This document shows, one piece after another, positions 1 to 11,700 of a stretch of 64,000 nt of DNA (the first letter of the stretch is position 1; every line of letters starts with the position of its first letter). Position numbers and translations under genes: made by a program. The notes beneath the pieces are model-generated. The model was not told where the DNA came from and made no database searches. It saw only the letters and a program-made list of their open reading frames with translations. This DNA comes from the human T2T-CHM13v2.0 reference genome, Homo sapiens, in assembly GCF_009914755.1 (NCBI RefSeq), contig NC_060944.1; one strand, 5' to 3'.

Positions 1-149
1 TTCCCATGAAAACTAGACAGAAGCATTCTCAGAAACTTATTTGTGATGTGTGCCCTCAACTGACAGTGTTGAACCTTTGTTTTGATAGAGCAGTTCTGAA
101 ACACACTTTTTGTAAAATCTGCAAGAGGATATTTGGATAGCTTTGAGGA

Positions 150-166
150 TTTCGTTGGAAACGGGA
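150..166 (+). promoter_or_regulatory. CENP-B box (m1), intact; recurs in each HOR
   Basis: TTTCGTTGGAAACGGGA matches the core NTTCGNNNNANNCGGGN. Confidence 0.95.
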
Positions 167-491
167 ATGTCTTCATGTAAACTCTGGACAGAAGCATTCT
201 CAGAAACTGCTTTGGGATGTTTCAATTGAAGTCCCAGTGTTGAACATTCCCTTTCATAGAGCAGGTTTGAAACACTCTTTTTGTACTATCTGGAAGTGGA
301 CATTTGGAGCGCTTTCAGGTCTACGGTGAAAAAGGAGATATCTTCCAATAAAAACTAGATAGAAGCAATGTCAGAACTTTTTTCATGATGTATCTACTCA
401 GCAAACAGAGTTGAACCTTTCTTTTGAGAGAGCAGTTTTGAAACACTCTTTTTGTGGAATATGCAAGTGGGTATTAGGCCAGCTTGGAGGA

Positions 492-508
492 TTTCGTTGG
501 AAACGGGA
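492..508 (+). promoter_or_regulatory. CENP-B box (m3), intact
   Basis: TTTCGTTGGAAACGGGA matches the core consensus. Confidence 0.95.
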
Positions 509-829
509 ATACGTATAAAAAGCAGACAGCAGCATTGTCAGAAACTACTTTGTGATGTTTGCATTCAAGTCACAGAATTGAACACTCCCTTTCACAGAGC
601 AGGTTTGAAACACTCTTTTTGTAGTGTCTGTAAGTGAACATTTGGATTGCTTTCAGGCCTAAGGTGAAAAAGGAAATATCTTCCCATAAAAACTAGATAG
701 AAGCATTCTCAGAAACTTGTTTGTGATGTGTGCCCTCTACTGACAGAGTTGAACCTTTCTTTGCAAAGAGCAGTTTTGAAACACTCTTTTTGTAGAATCT
801 GCAAGAGGATATTTGGATAGCTTTGAGGA

Positions 830-846
830 TTTCTTGGGAAACGGGA
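830..846 (+). promoter_or_regulatory. Degenerate CENP-B box (m5), predicted non-binding; degenerate in every HOR
   Basis: TTTCTTGGGAAACGGGA: the essential TTCG is TTCT, so the first CpG is lost (TTCC in H17 and H23). Confidence 0.9.
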
Positions 847-1171
847 ATGTCTTCAGATAAACTCTAGACAGAAGCATTCTCAGAAAGTTCTTTGGGATGT
901 TTCAATTGAAGTCACAGTGTTGAACATTCCCTTTCACAGAGCAGGTTTGAAACACTCTTTTTGTAGTGTCTATAAGTGAACATTTGGCGTGCTTTCAGGC
1001 CTAACGTGAAAAAGGAAATATCTTCCCATAAAAACTAGACAGAAGCATTCTCAGAAACTTGTTCTTGATGTGTCCCCTCTACTGACAGAGTTGAACCTTT
1101 CTTTGCAAAGAGCAGCTTTGAAACACTCTTTTTGTAGAATCTGCAAGAGGATATTTGGATAGCTTGGAGGA

Positions 1172-1188
1172 TTTCGTTGGAAACGGGT
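1172..1188 (+). promoter_or_regulatory. CENP-B box (m7), intact core
   Basis: TTTCGTTGGAAACGGGT; only the non-essential last base differs. Confidence 0.93.
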
Positions 1189-1512
1189 ATGTCTTCAGAT
1201 AAACTCTAGACAGAAGCATTCTCAGAAACTTCTTTGGGATGTTGCATTCAAGTCACAGAGTAGAACATTCCCATTCATAGAGCAGATTTGAAACACTCTT
1301 TTTGTAGTATCTGGAAGTGGACATTTGGAGCGCTTTCAGGCCTATGTTGAAAAAGGAAATATCTTCCCATAAAAACTAGACGGAAGCATTCTCAGAAACT
1401 TATTTGTGATGTGTTTGCTCAACTAACAGGATTGAACCATCGTTTTGAAGGAGCAGTTTTGAAACACTGTTTTCGTGGAATCTGCAAGTGGATATTTGGC
1501 TAGCTTTGAGGA

Positions 1513-1529
1513 TTTCGTTGGAAACGGGA
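1513..1529 (+). promoter_or_regulatory. CENP-B box (m9), intact
   Basis: TTTCGTTGGAAACGGGA matches the core consensus. Confidence 0.95.
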
Positions 1530-1850
1530 TTACATATACAAAGGAGACAGCAGCATTCTCAGAAACTTCTTTGTGATGTCTGCATTCAATTCACAGAGTT
1601 GAGCATTCCCTTTCATAGAGCAGGTTGGAAACAATCTTTTTGTAGTATCTGGATGAGGACATTTGGAGCGCTTTCAGGCCTATGGTGAAAAAGGAAATAT
1701 CTTCCCGTAAAAACTAGACAGAAGCATTCTCAGAAGTTTATTTGTGATGTGTGCCCTCAACTAACAGAGTTGAACCTTTCTTTTGATAGAGCAGTTTTGA
1801 AACACTCTTTTTGTAAAATCTGCAAGAGGATATTTGGATAGCTTTGAGGA

Positions 1851-1867
1851 TTTCGTTGCAAACGGGA
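1851..1867 (+). promoter_or_regulatory. CENP-B box (m11), variant with intact core
   Basis: TTTCGTTGCAAACGGGA; the G>C falls at an N position of NTTCGNNNNANNCGGGN. Confidence 0.88.
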
Positions 1868-2192
1868 ATGGCTTCATATAAACTCTAGACAGAAGCATTC
1901 TCAGAAACTTCGTTGGGATGTTTCGATTGAAGTCCCAGTGTTGAACATTCCCTTTTATAGAGCAGGTTGGAAACACTCTTTCTGCATTCCCTGGAAGTGG
2001 ACATTTGGAGCGCTTTCAGGACGACGGTGAAAATGGAAATATCTTCCAAGAAAATCTAGATAGAAGCAACGTCAGAAACTTTTATGTGATGGATCTACTC
2101 AGCTAACAGAGTTGAACCTTTCTTTTGAGAGAGCAGTTTTGCAACACTCTTTTTGTGGAATATGCAAGTGGATATTAGGGCAGCTTTGAGGA

Positions 2193-2209
2193 TTTCGTTG
2201 GAAACGGGA
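2193..2209 (+). promoter_or_regulatory. CENP-B box (m13), intact
   Basis: TTTCGTTGGAAACGGGA matches the core consensus. Confidence 0.95.
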
Positions 2210-2530
2210 ATACATGTAAAAAGCAGACAGCAGCATTCTCAGAAACTTCTTTGTGATGTTTGCATTGAAGTCACAGAGTTGAACATTCCCTTTGAGAGAG
2301 CAGGTTTGAAACACGCCTTTTGTCATATCTGGAAGTGTCCATTCGGAGCGCATTCAGGCTTGTGTTGAAAAAGGAAATATCCTCCCATAAAAACTAGACA
2401 GAAGCATTCTCAGAAACTTATCTGTGATGTATGTACTCAACTAACAGAACTAAACCATCGTTTTGAAGGAGCAGTTTTGAAACACTCTTTTTGCGGAATC
2501 TGCAAGTGGATATTTGGCTAGCTGGGAGGA

Positions 2531-2547
2531 TTTCGTTGGAAACGGGA
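2531..2547 (+). promoter_or_regulatory. CENP-B box (m15), intact
   Basis: TTTCGTTGGAAACGGGA matches the core consensus. Confidence 0.95.
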
Positions 2548-2697
2548 TTACATACAAAAAGCAGACAGCAGCATTCTCAGAAACTTCTTTGTGATGTTTG
2601 CATTCAAGTCACAGAGTTGAACATTCCCTTTCATAGAGCAGGTTTGAAACACTCTTTTTGTAGTATCTGGATGTGGACATTTGGATCGCTTTCAGGC

Positions 2698-2714
2698 CTA
2701 TGGTGAAAAAGGAA
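2698..2714 (+). promoter_or_regulatory. pJ-alpha motif of an A-type monomer (m16); variant copies sit in every even monomer
   Basis: CTATGGTGAAAAAGGAA lies at the position homologous to the CENP-B box; variants include CTACGGTGAAAAAGGAG (321) and CTAACGTGAAAAAGGAA (1001). Confidence 0.8.
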
Positions 2715-5700
2715 ATATCTTCCCATGAAAACTAGACAGAAGCATTCTCAGAAACTTATTTGTGATGTGTGCCCTCAACTGACAGTGTTGAACCTTTGTT
2801 TTGATAGAGCAGTTCTGAAACACACTTTTTGTAAAATCTGCAAGAGGATATTTGGATAGCTTTGAGGATTTCGTTGGAAACGGGAATGTCTTCATGTAAA
2901 CTCTAGACAGAAGCATTCTCAGAAACTGCTTTGGGATGTTTCAATTGAAGTCCCAGTGTTGAACATTCCCTTTCATAGAGCAGGTTTGAAACACTCTTTT
3001 TGTACTATCTGGAAGTGGACATTTGGAGCGCTTTCAGGTCTACGGTGAAAAAGGAGATATCTTCCAATAAAAACTAGATAGAAGCAATGTCAGAACTTTT
3101 TTCATGATGTATCTACTCAGCAAACAGAGTTGAACCTTTCTTTTGAGAGAGCAGTTTTGAAACACTCTTTCTGTGGAATATGCAAGTGGGTATTAGGCCA
3201 GCTTGGAGGATTTCGTTGGAAACGGGTATACGTATAAAAAGCAGACAGCAGCATTGTCAGAAACTACTTTGTGATGTTTGCATTCAAGTCACAGAATTGA
3301 ACACTCCCTTTCACAGAGCAGGTTTGAAACACTCTTTTTGTAGTGTCTGTAAGTGAACATTTGGATTGCTTTCAGGCCTAAGGTGAAAAAGGAAATATCT
3401 TCCCATAAAAACTAGACAGAAGCATTCTCAGAAACTTGTTTGTGATGTGTGCCCTCTACTGACAGAGTTGAACCTTTCTTTGCAAAGAGCAGTTTTGAAA
3501 CACTCTTTTTGTAGAATCTGCAAGAGGATATTTGGATAGCTTTGAGGATTTCTTGGGAAACGGGAATGTCTTCAGATAAACTCTAGACAGAAGCATTCTC
3601 AGAAACTTCTTTGGGATGTTTCAATTGAAGTCACAGTGTTGAACATTCCCTTTCACAGAGCAGGTTTGAAACACTCTTTTTGTAGTGTCTATAAGTGAAC
3701 ATTTGGCGTGCTTTCAGGCCTAACGTGAAAAAGGAAATATCTTCCCATAAAAACTAGACAGAAGCATTCTCAGAAACTTGTTCTTGATGTGTCCCCTCTA
3801 CTGACAGAGTTGAACCTTTCTTTGCAAAGAGCAGCTTTGAAACACTCTTTTTGTAGAATCTGCAAGAGGATATTTGGATAGCTTGGAGGATTTCGTTGGA
3901 AACGGGTATGTCTTCAGATAAACTCTAGACAGAAGCATTCTCAGAAACTTCTTTGGGATGTTGCATTCAAGTCACAGAGTAGAACATTCCCATTCATAGA
4001 GCAGATTTGAAACACTCTTTTTGTAGTATCTGGAAGTGGACATTTGGAGCGCTTTCAGGCCTATGTTGAAAAAGGAAATATCTTCCCATAAAAACTAGAC
4101 GGAAGCATTCTCAGAAACTTATTTGTGATGTGTTTGCTCAACTAACAGGATTGAACCATCGTTTTGAAGGAGCAGTTTTGAAACACTGTTTTCGTGGAAT
4201 CTGCAAGTGGATATTTGGCTAGCTTTGAGGATTTCGTTGGAAACGGGATTACATATAAAAAGGAGACAGCAGCATTCTCAGAAACTTCTTTGTGATGTCT
4301 GCATTCAATTCACAGAGTTGAGCATTCCCTTTCATAGAGCAGGTTGGAAACACTCTTTTTGTAGTATCTGGATGAGGACATTTGGAGCGCTTTCAGGCGT
4401 ATGGTGAAAAAGGAAATATCTTCCCGTAAAAACTAGACAGAAGCATTCTCAGAAGTTTATTTGTGATGTGTGCCCTCAACTAACAGAGTTGAACCTTTCT
4501 TTTGATAGAGCAGTTTTGAAACACTCTTTTTGTAAAATCTGCAAGAGGATATTTGGATAGCTTTGAGGATTTCGTTGCAAACGGGAATGGCTTCATATAA
4601 ACTCTAGACAGAAGCATTCTCAGAAACTTCGTTGGGATGTTTCGATTGAAGTCCCAGTGTTGAACATTCCCTTTTATAGAGCAGGTTGGAAACACTCTTT
4701 CTGCATTCCCTGGAAGTGGACATTTGGAGCGCTTTCAGGACGACGGTGAAAATGGAAATATCTTCCAAGAAAATCTAGATAGAAGCAACGTCAGAAACTT
4801 TTATGTGATGGATCTACTCAGCTAACAGAGTTGAACCTTTCTTTTGAGAGAGCAGTTTTGCAACACTCTTTTTGTGGAATATGCAAGTGGATATTAGGGC
4901 AGCTTTGAGGATTTCGTTGGAAACGGGAATACATGTAAAAAGCAGACAGCAGCATTCTCAGAAACTTCTTTGTGATGTTTGCATTGAAGTCACAGAGTTG
5001 AACATTCCCTTTGAGAGAGCAGGTTTGAAACACGCCTTTTGTCATATCTGGAAGTGTCCATTCGGAGCGCATTCAGGCTTGTGTTGAAAAAGGAAATATC
5101 CTCCCATAAAAACTAGACAGAAGCATTCTCAGAAACTTATCTGTGATGTATGTACTCAACTAACAGAACTAAACCATCGTTTTGAAGGAGCAGTTTTGAA
5201 ACACTCTTTTTGCGGAATCTGCAAGTGGATATTTGGCTAGCTGGGAGGATTTCGTTGGAAACGGGAGTACATACAAAAAGCAGAGAGCAGCATTCTCAGA
5301 AACTTCTTTGTGATGTTTGCATTCAAGTCACAGAGTTGAACATTCCCTTTCATAGAGCAGGTTTGAAACACTCTTTTTGTAGTATCTGGATGTGGACATT
5401 TGGATCGCTTTCAGGCCTATGGTGAAAAAGGAAATATCTTCCCATGAAAACTAGACAGAAGCATTCTCAGAAACTTATTTGTGATGTGTGCCCTCAACTG
5501 ACAGTGTTGAACCTTTGTTTTGATAGAGCAGTTCTGAAACACACTTTTTGTAAAATCTGCAAGAGGATATTTGGATAGCTTTGAGGATTTCGTTGGAAAC
5601 GGGAATGTCTTCATGTAAACTCTGGACAGAAGCATTCTCAGAAACTGCTTTGGGATGTTTCAATTGAAGTCCCAGTGTTGAACATTCCCTTTCATAGAGC

Positions 5701-8700
5701 AGGTTTGAAACACTCTTTTTGTACTATCTGGAAGTGGACATTTGGAGCGCTTTCAGGTCTACGGTGAAAAAGGAGATATCTTCCAATAAAAACTAGATAG
5801 AAGCAATGTCAGAACTTTTTTCATGATGTATCTACTCAGCAAACAGAGTTGAACCTTTCTTTTGAGAGAGCAGTTTTGAAACACTCTTTTTGTGGAATAT
5901 GCAAGTGGGTATTAGGCCAGCTTGGAGGATTTCGTTGGAAACGGGAATACGTATAAAAAGCAGACAGCAGCATTGTCAGAAACTACTTTGTGATGTTTGC
6001 ATTCAAGTCACAGAATTGAACACTCCCTTTCACAGAGCAGGTTTGAAACACTCTTTTTGTAGTGTCTGTAAGTGAACATTTGGATTGCTTTCAGGCCTAA
6101 GGTGAAAAAGGAAATATCTTCCCATAAAAACTAGACAGAAGCATTCTCAGAAACTTGTTTGTGATGTGTGCCCTCTACTGACAGAGTTGAACCTTTCTTT
6201 GCAAAGAGCAGTTTTGAAACACTCTTTTTGTAGAATCTGCAAGAGGATATTTGGATAGCTTTGAGGATTTCTTGGGAAACGGGAATGTCTTCAGATAAAC
6301 TCTAGACAGAAGCATTCTCAGAAACTTCTTTGGGATGTTTCAATTGAAGTCACAGTGTTGAACATTCCCTTTCACAGAGCAGGTTTGAAACACTCTTTTT
6401 GTAGTGTCTATAAGTGAACATTTGGCGTGCTTTCAGGCCTAACGTGAAAAAGGAAATATCTTCCCATAAAAACTAGACAGAAGCATTCTCAGAAACTTGT
6501 TCTTGATGTGTCCCCTCTACTGACAGAGTTGAACCTTTCTTTGCAAAGAGCAGCTTTGAAACACTCTTTTTGTAGAATCTGCAAGAGGATATTTGGATAG
6601 CTTGGAGGATTTCGTTGGAAACGGGTATGTCTTCAGATAAACTCTAGACAGAAGCATTCTCAGAAACTTCTTTGGGATGTTGCATTCAAGTCACAGAGTA
6701 GAACATTCCCATTCATAGAGCAGATTTGAAACACTCTTTTTGTAGTATCTGGAAGTGGACATTTGGAGCGCTTTCAGGCCTATGTTGAAAAAGGAAATAT
6801 CTTCCCATAAAAACTAGACGGAAGCATTCTCAGAAACTTATTTGTGATGTGTTTGCTCAACTAACAGGATTGAACCATCGTTTTGAAGGAGCAGTTTTGA
6901 AACACTGTTTTCGTGGAATCTGCAAGTGGATATTTGGCTAGCTTTGAGGATTTCGTTGGAAACGGGATTACATATAAAAAGGAGACAGCAGCATTCTCAG
7001 AAACTTCTTTGTGATGTCTGCATTCAATTCACAGAGTTGAGCATTCCCTTTCATAGAGCAGGTTGGAAACACTCTTTTTGTAGTATCTGGATGAGGACAT
7101 TTGGAGCGCTTTCAGGCGTATGGTGAAAAAGGAAATATCTTCCCGTAAAAACTAGACAGAAGCATTCTCAGAAGTTTATTTGTGATGTGTGCCCTCAACT
7201 AACAGAGTTGAACCTTTCTTTTGATAGAGCAGTTTTGAAACACTCTTTTTGTAAAATCTGCAAGAGGATATTTGGATAGCTTTGAGGATTTCGTTGCAAA
7301 CGGGAATGGCTTCATATAAACTCTAGACAGAAGCATTCTCAGAAACTTCGTTGGGATGTTTCGATTGAAGTCCCAGTGTTGAACATTCCCTTTTATAGAG
7401 CAGGTTGGAAACACTCTTTCTGCATTCCCTGGAAGTGGACATTTGGAGCGCTTTCAGGACGACGGTGAAAATGGAAATATCTTCCAAGAAAATCTAGATA
7501 GAAGCAATGTCAGAAACTTTTATGTGATGGATCTACTCAGCTAACAGAGTTGAACCTTTCTTTTGAGAGAGCAGTTTTGCAACACTCTTTTTGTGGAATA
7601 TGCAAGTGGATATTAGGGCAGCTTTGAGGATTTCGTTGGAAACGGGAATACATGTAAAAAGCAGACAGCAGCATTCTCAGAAACTTCTTTGTGATGTTTG
7701 CATTGAAGTCACAGAGTTGAACATTCCCTTTGAGAGAGCAGGTTTGAAACACGCCTTTTGTCATATCTGGAAGTGTCCATTCGGAGCGCATTCAGGCTTG
7801 TGTTGAAAAAGGAAATATCCTCCCATAAAAACTAGACAGAAGCATTCTCAGAAACTTATCTGTGATGTATGTACTCAACTAACAGAACTAAACCATCGTT
7901 TTGAAGGAGCAGTTTTGAAACACTCTTTTTGCGGAATCTGCAAGTGGATATTTGGCTAGCTGGGAGGATTTCGTTGGAAACGGGATTACATACAAAAAGC
8001 AGACAGCAGCATTCTCAGAAACTTCTTTGTGATGTTTGCATTCAAGTCACAGAGTTGAACATTCCCTTTCATAGAGCAGGTTTGAAACACTCTTTTTGTA
8101 GTATCTGGATGTGGACATTTGGATCGCTTTCAGGCCTATGGTGAAAAAGGAAATATCTTCCCATGAAAACTAGACAGAAGCATTCTCAGAAACTTATTTG
8201 TGATGTGTGCCCTCAACTGACAGTGTTGAACCTTTGTTTTGATAGAGCAGTTCTGAAACACACTTTTTGTAAAATCTGCAAGAGGATATTTGGATAGCTT
8301 TGAGGATTTCGTTGGAAACGGGAATGTCTTCATGTAAACTCTGGACAGAAGCATTCTCAGAAACTGCTTTGGGATGTTTCAATTGAAGTCCCAGTGTTGA
8401 ACATTCCCTTTCATAGAGCAGGTTTGAAACACTCTTTTTGTACTATCTGGAAGTGGACATTTGGAGCGCTTTCAGGTCTACGGTGAAAAAGGAGATATCT
8501 TCCAATAAAAACTAGATAGAAGCAAAGTCAGAACTTTTTTCATGATGTATCTACTCAGCAAACAGAGTTGAACCTTTCTTTTGAGAGAGCAGTTTTGAAA
8601 CACTCTTTTTGTGGAATATGCAAGTGGGTATTAGGCCAGCTTGGAGGATTTCGTTGGAAACGGGAATACGTATAAAAAGCAGACAGCAGCATTGTCAGAA

Positions 8701-11700
8701 ACTACTTTGTGATGTTTGCATTCAAGTCACAGAATTGAACACTCCCTTTCACAGAGCAGGTTTGAAACACTCTTTTTGTAGTGTCTGTAAGTGAACATTT
8801 GGATTGCTTTCAGGCCTAAGGTGAAAAAGGAAATATCTTCCCATAAAAACTAGACAGAAGCATTCTCAGAAACTTGTTTGTGATGTGTGCCCTCTACTGA
8901 CAGAGTTGAAGCTTTCTTTGCAAAGAGCAGTTTTGAAACACTCTTTTTGTAGAATCTGCAAGAGGATATTTGGATAGCTTTGAGGATTTCTTGGGAAACG
9001 GGAATGTCTTCAGATAAACTCTAGACAGAAGCATTCTCAGAAACTTCTTTGGGATGTTTCAATTGAAGTCACAGTGTTGAACATTCCCTTTCACAGAGCA
9101 GGTTTGAAACACTCTTTTTGTAGTGTCTATAAGTGAACATTTGGCGTGCTTTCAGGCCTAACGTGAAAAAGGAAATATCTTCCCATAAAAACTAGACAGA
9201 AGCATTCTCAGAAACTTGTTCTTGATGTGTCCCCTCTACTGACAGAGTTGAACCTTTCTTTGCAAAGAGCAGCTTTGAAACACTCTTTTTGTAGAATCTG
9301 CAAGAGGATATTTGGATAGCTTGGAGGATTTCGTTGGAAACGGGTATGTCTTCAGATAAACTCTAGACAGAAGCATTCTCAGAAACTTCTTTGGGATGTT
9401 GCATTCAAGTCACAGAGTAGAACATTCCCATTCATAGAGCAGATTTGAAACACTCTTTTTGTAGTATCTGGAAGTGGACATTTGGAGCGCTTTCAGGCCT
9501 ATGTTGAAAAAGGAAATATCTTCCCATAAAAACTAGACGGAAGCATTCTCAGAAACTTATTTGTGATGTGTTTGCTCAACTAACAGGATTGAACCATCGT
9601 TTTGAAGGAGCAGTTTTGAAACACTGTTTTCGTGGAATCTGCAAGTGGATATTTGGCTAGCTTTGAGGATTTCGTTGGAAACGGGATTACATATAAAAAG
9701 GAGACAGCAGCATTCTCAGAAACTTCTTTGTGATGTCTGCATTCAATTCACAGAGTTGAGCATTCCCTTTCATAGAGCAGGTTGGAAACACTCTTTTTGT
9801 AGTATCTGGATGAGGACATTTGGAGCGCTTTCAGGCGTATGGTGAAAAAGGAAATATCTTCCCGTAAAAACTAGACAGAAGCATTCTCAGAAGTTTATTT
9901 GTGATGTGTGCCCTCAACTAACAGAGTTGAACCTTTCTTTTGATAGAGCAGTTTTGAAACACTCTTTTTGTAAAATCTGCAAGAGGATATTTGGATAGCT
10001 TTGAGGATTTCGTTGCAAACGGGAATGGCTTCATATAAACTCTAGACAGAAGCATTCTCAGAAACTTCGTTGGGATGTTTCGATTGAAGTCCCAGTGTTG
10101 AACATTCCCTTTTATAGAGCAGGTTGGAAACACTCTTTCTGCATTCCCTGGAAGTGGACATTTGGAGCGCTTTCAGGACGACGGTGAAAATGGAAATATC
10201 TTCCAAGAAAATCTAGATAGAAGCAATGTCAGAAACTTTTATGTGATGGATCTACTCAGCTAACAGAGTTGAACCTTTCTTTTGAGAGAGCAGTTTTGCA
10301 ACACTCTTTTTGTGGAATATGCAAGTGGATATTAGGGCAGCTTTGAGGATTTCGTTGGAAACGGGAATACATGTAAAAAGCAGACAGCAGCATTCTCAGA
10401 AACTTCTTTGTGATGTTTGCATTGAAGTCACAGAGTTGAACATTCCCTTTGAGAGAGCAGGTTTGAAACACGCCTTTTGTCATATCTGGAAGTGTCCATT
10501 CGGAGCGCATTCAGGCTTGTGTTGAAAAAGGAAATATCCTCCCATAAAAACTAGACAGAAGCATTCTCAGAAACTTATCTGTGATGTATGTACTCAACTA
10601 ACAGAACTAAACCATCGTTTTGAAGGAGCAGTTTTGAAACACTCTTTTTGCGGAATCTGCAAGTGGATATTTGGCTAGCTGGGAGGATTTCGTTGGAAAC
10701 GGGATTACATACAAAAAGCAGACAGCAGCATTCTCAGAAACTTCTTTGTGATGTTTGCATTCAAGTCACAGAGTTGAACATTCCCTTTCATAGAGCAGGT
10801 TTGAAACACTCTTTTTGTAGTATCTGGATGTGGACATTTGGATCGCTTTCAGGCCTATGGTGAAAAAGGAAATATCTTCCCATGAAAACTAGACAGAAGC
10901 ATTCTCAGAAACTTATTTGTGATGTGTGCCCTCAACTGACAGTGTTGAACCTTTGTTTTGATAGAGCAGTTCTGAAACACACTTTTTGTAAAATCTGCAA
11001 GAGGATATTTGGATAGCTTTGAGGATTTCGTTGGAAACGGGAATGTCTTCATGTAAACTCTAGACAGAAGCATTCTCAGAAACTGCTTTGGGATGTTTCA
11101 ATTGAAGTCCCAGTGTTGAACATTCCCTTTCATAGAGCAGGTTTGAAACACTCTTTTTGTACTATCTGGAAGTGGACATTTGGAGCGCTTTCAGGTCTAC
11201 GGTGAAAAAGGAGATATCTTCCAATAAAAACTAGATAGAAGCAATGTCAGAACTTTTTTCATGATGTATCTACTCAGCAAACAGAGTTGAACCTTTCTTT
11301 TGAGAGAGCAGTTTTGAAACACTCTTTTTGTGGAATATGCAAGTGGGTATTAGGCCAGCTTGGAGGATTTCGTTGGAAACGGGAATACGTATAAAAAGCA
11401 GACAGCAGCATTGTCAGAAACTACTTTGTGATGTTTGCATTCAAGTCACAGAATTGAACACTCCCTTTCACAGAGCAGGTTTGAAACACTCTTTTTGTAG
11501 TGTCTGTAAGTGAACATTTGGATTGCTTTCAGGCCTAAGGTGAAAAAGGAAATATCTTCCCATAAAAACTAGACAGAAGCATTCTCAGAAACTTGTTTGT
11601 GATGTGTGCCCTCTACTGACAGAGTTGAACCTTTCTTTGCAAAGAGCAGTTTTGAAACACTCTTTTTGTAGAATCTGCAAGAGGATATTTGGATAGCTTT

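Larger units (their letters stand above)
24..2742 (+). repeat. One canonical 16-monomer HOR unit (2719 bp)
   Basis: Monomer starts at 24, 195, 366, 533, 704, 875, 1046, 1217, 1387, 1554, 1725, 1896, 2067, 2234, 2405, 2572; next m1 at 2743. Lengths are 11x171 + 4x167 (m3, m9, m13, m15) + 1x170 (m8) = 2719. Confidence 0.95.

Noticed and set aside
1851-1867. m11 box TTTCGTTGCAAACGGGA as a second dead CENP-B box
   Set aside because: The change is at a non-essential position; all nine core bases are present.
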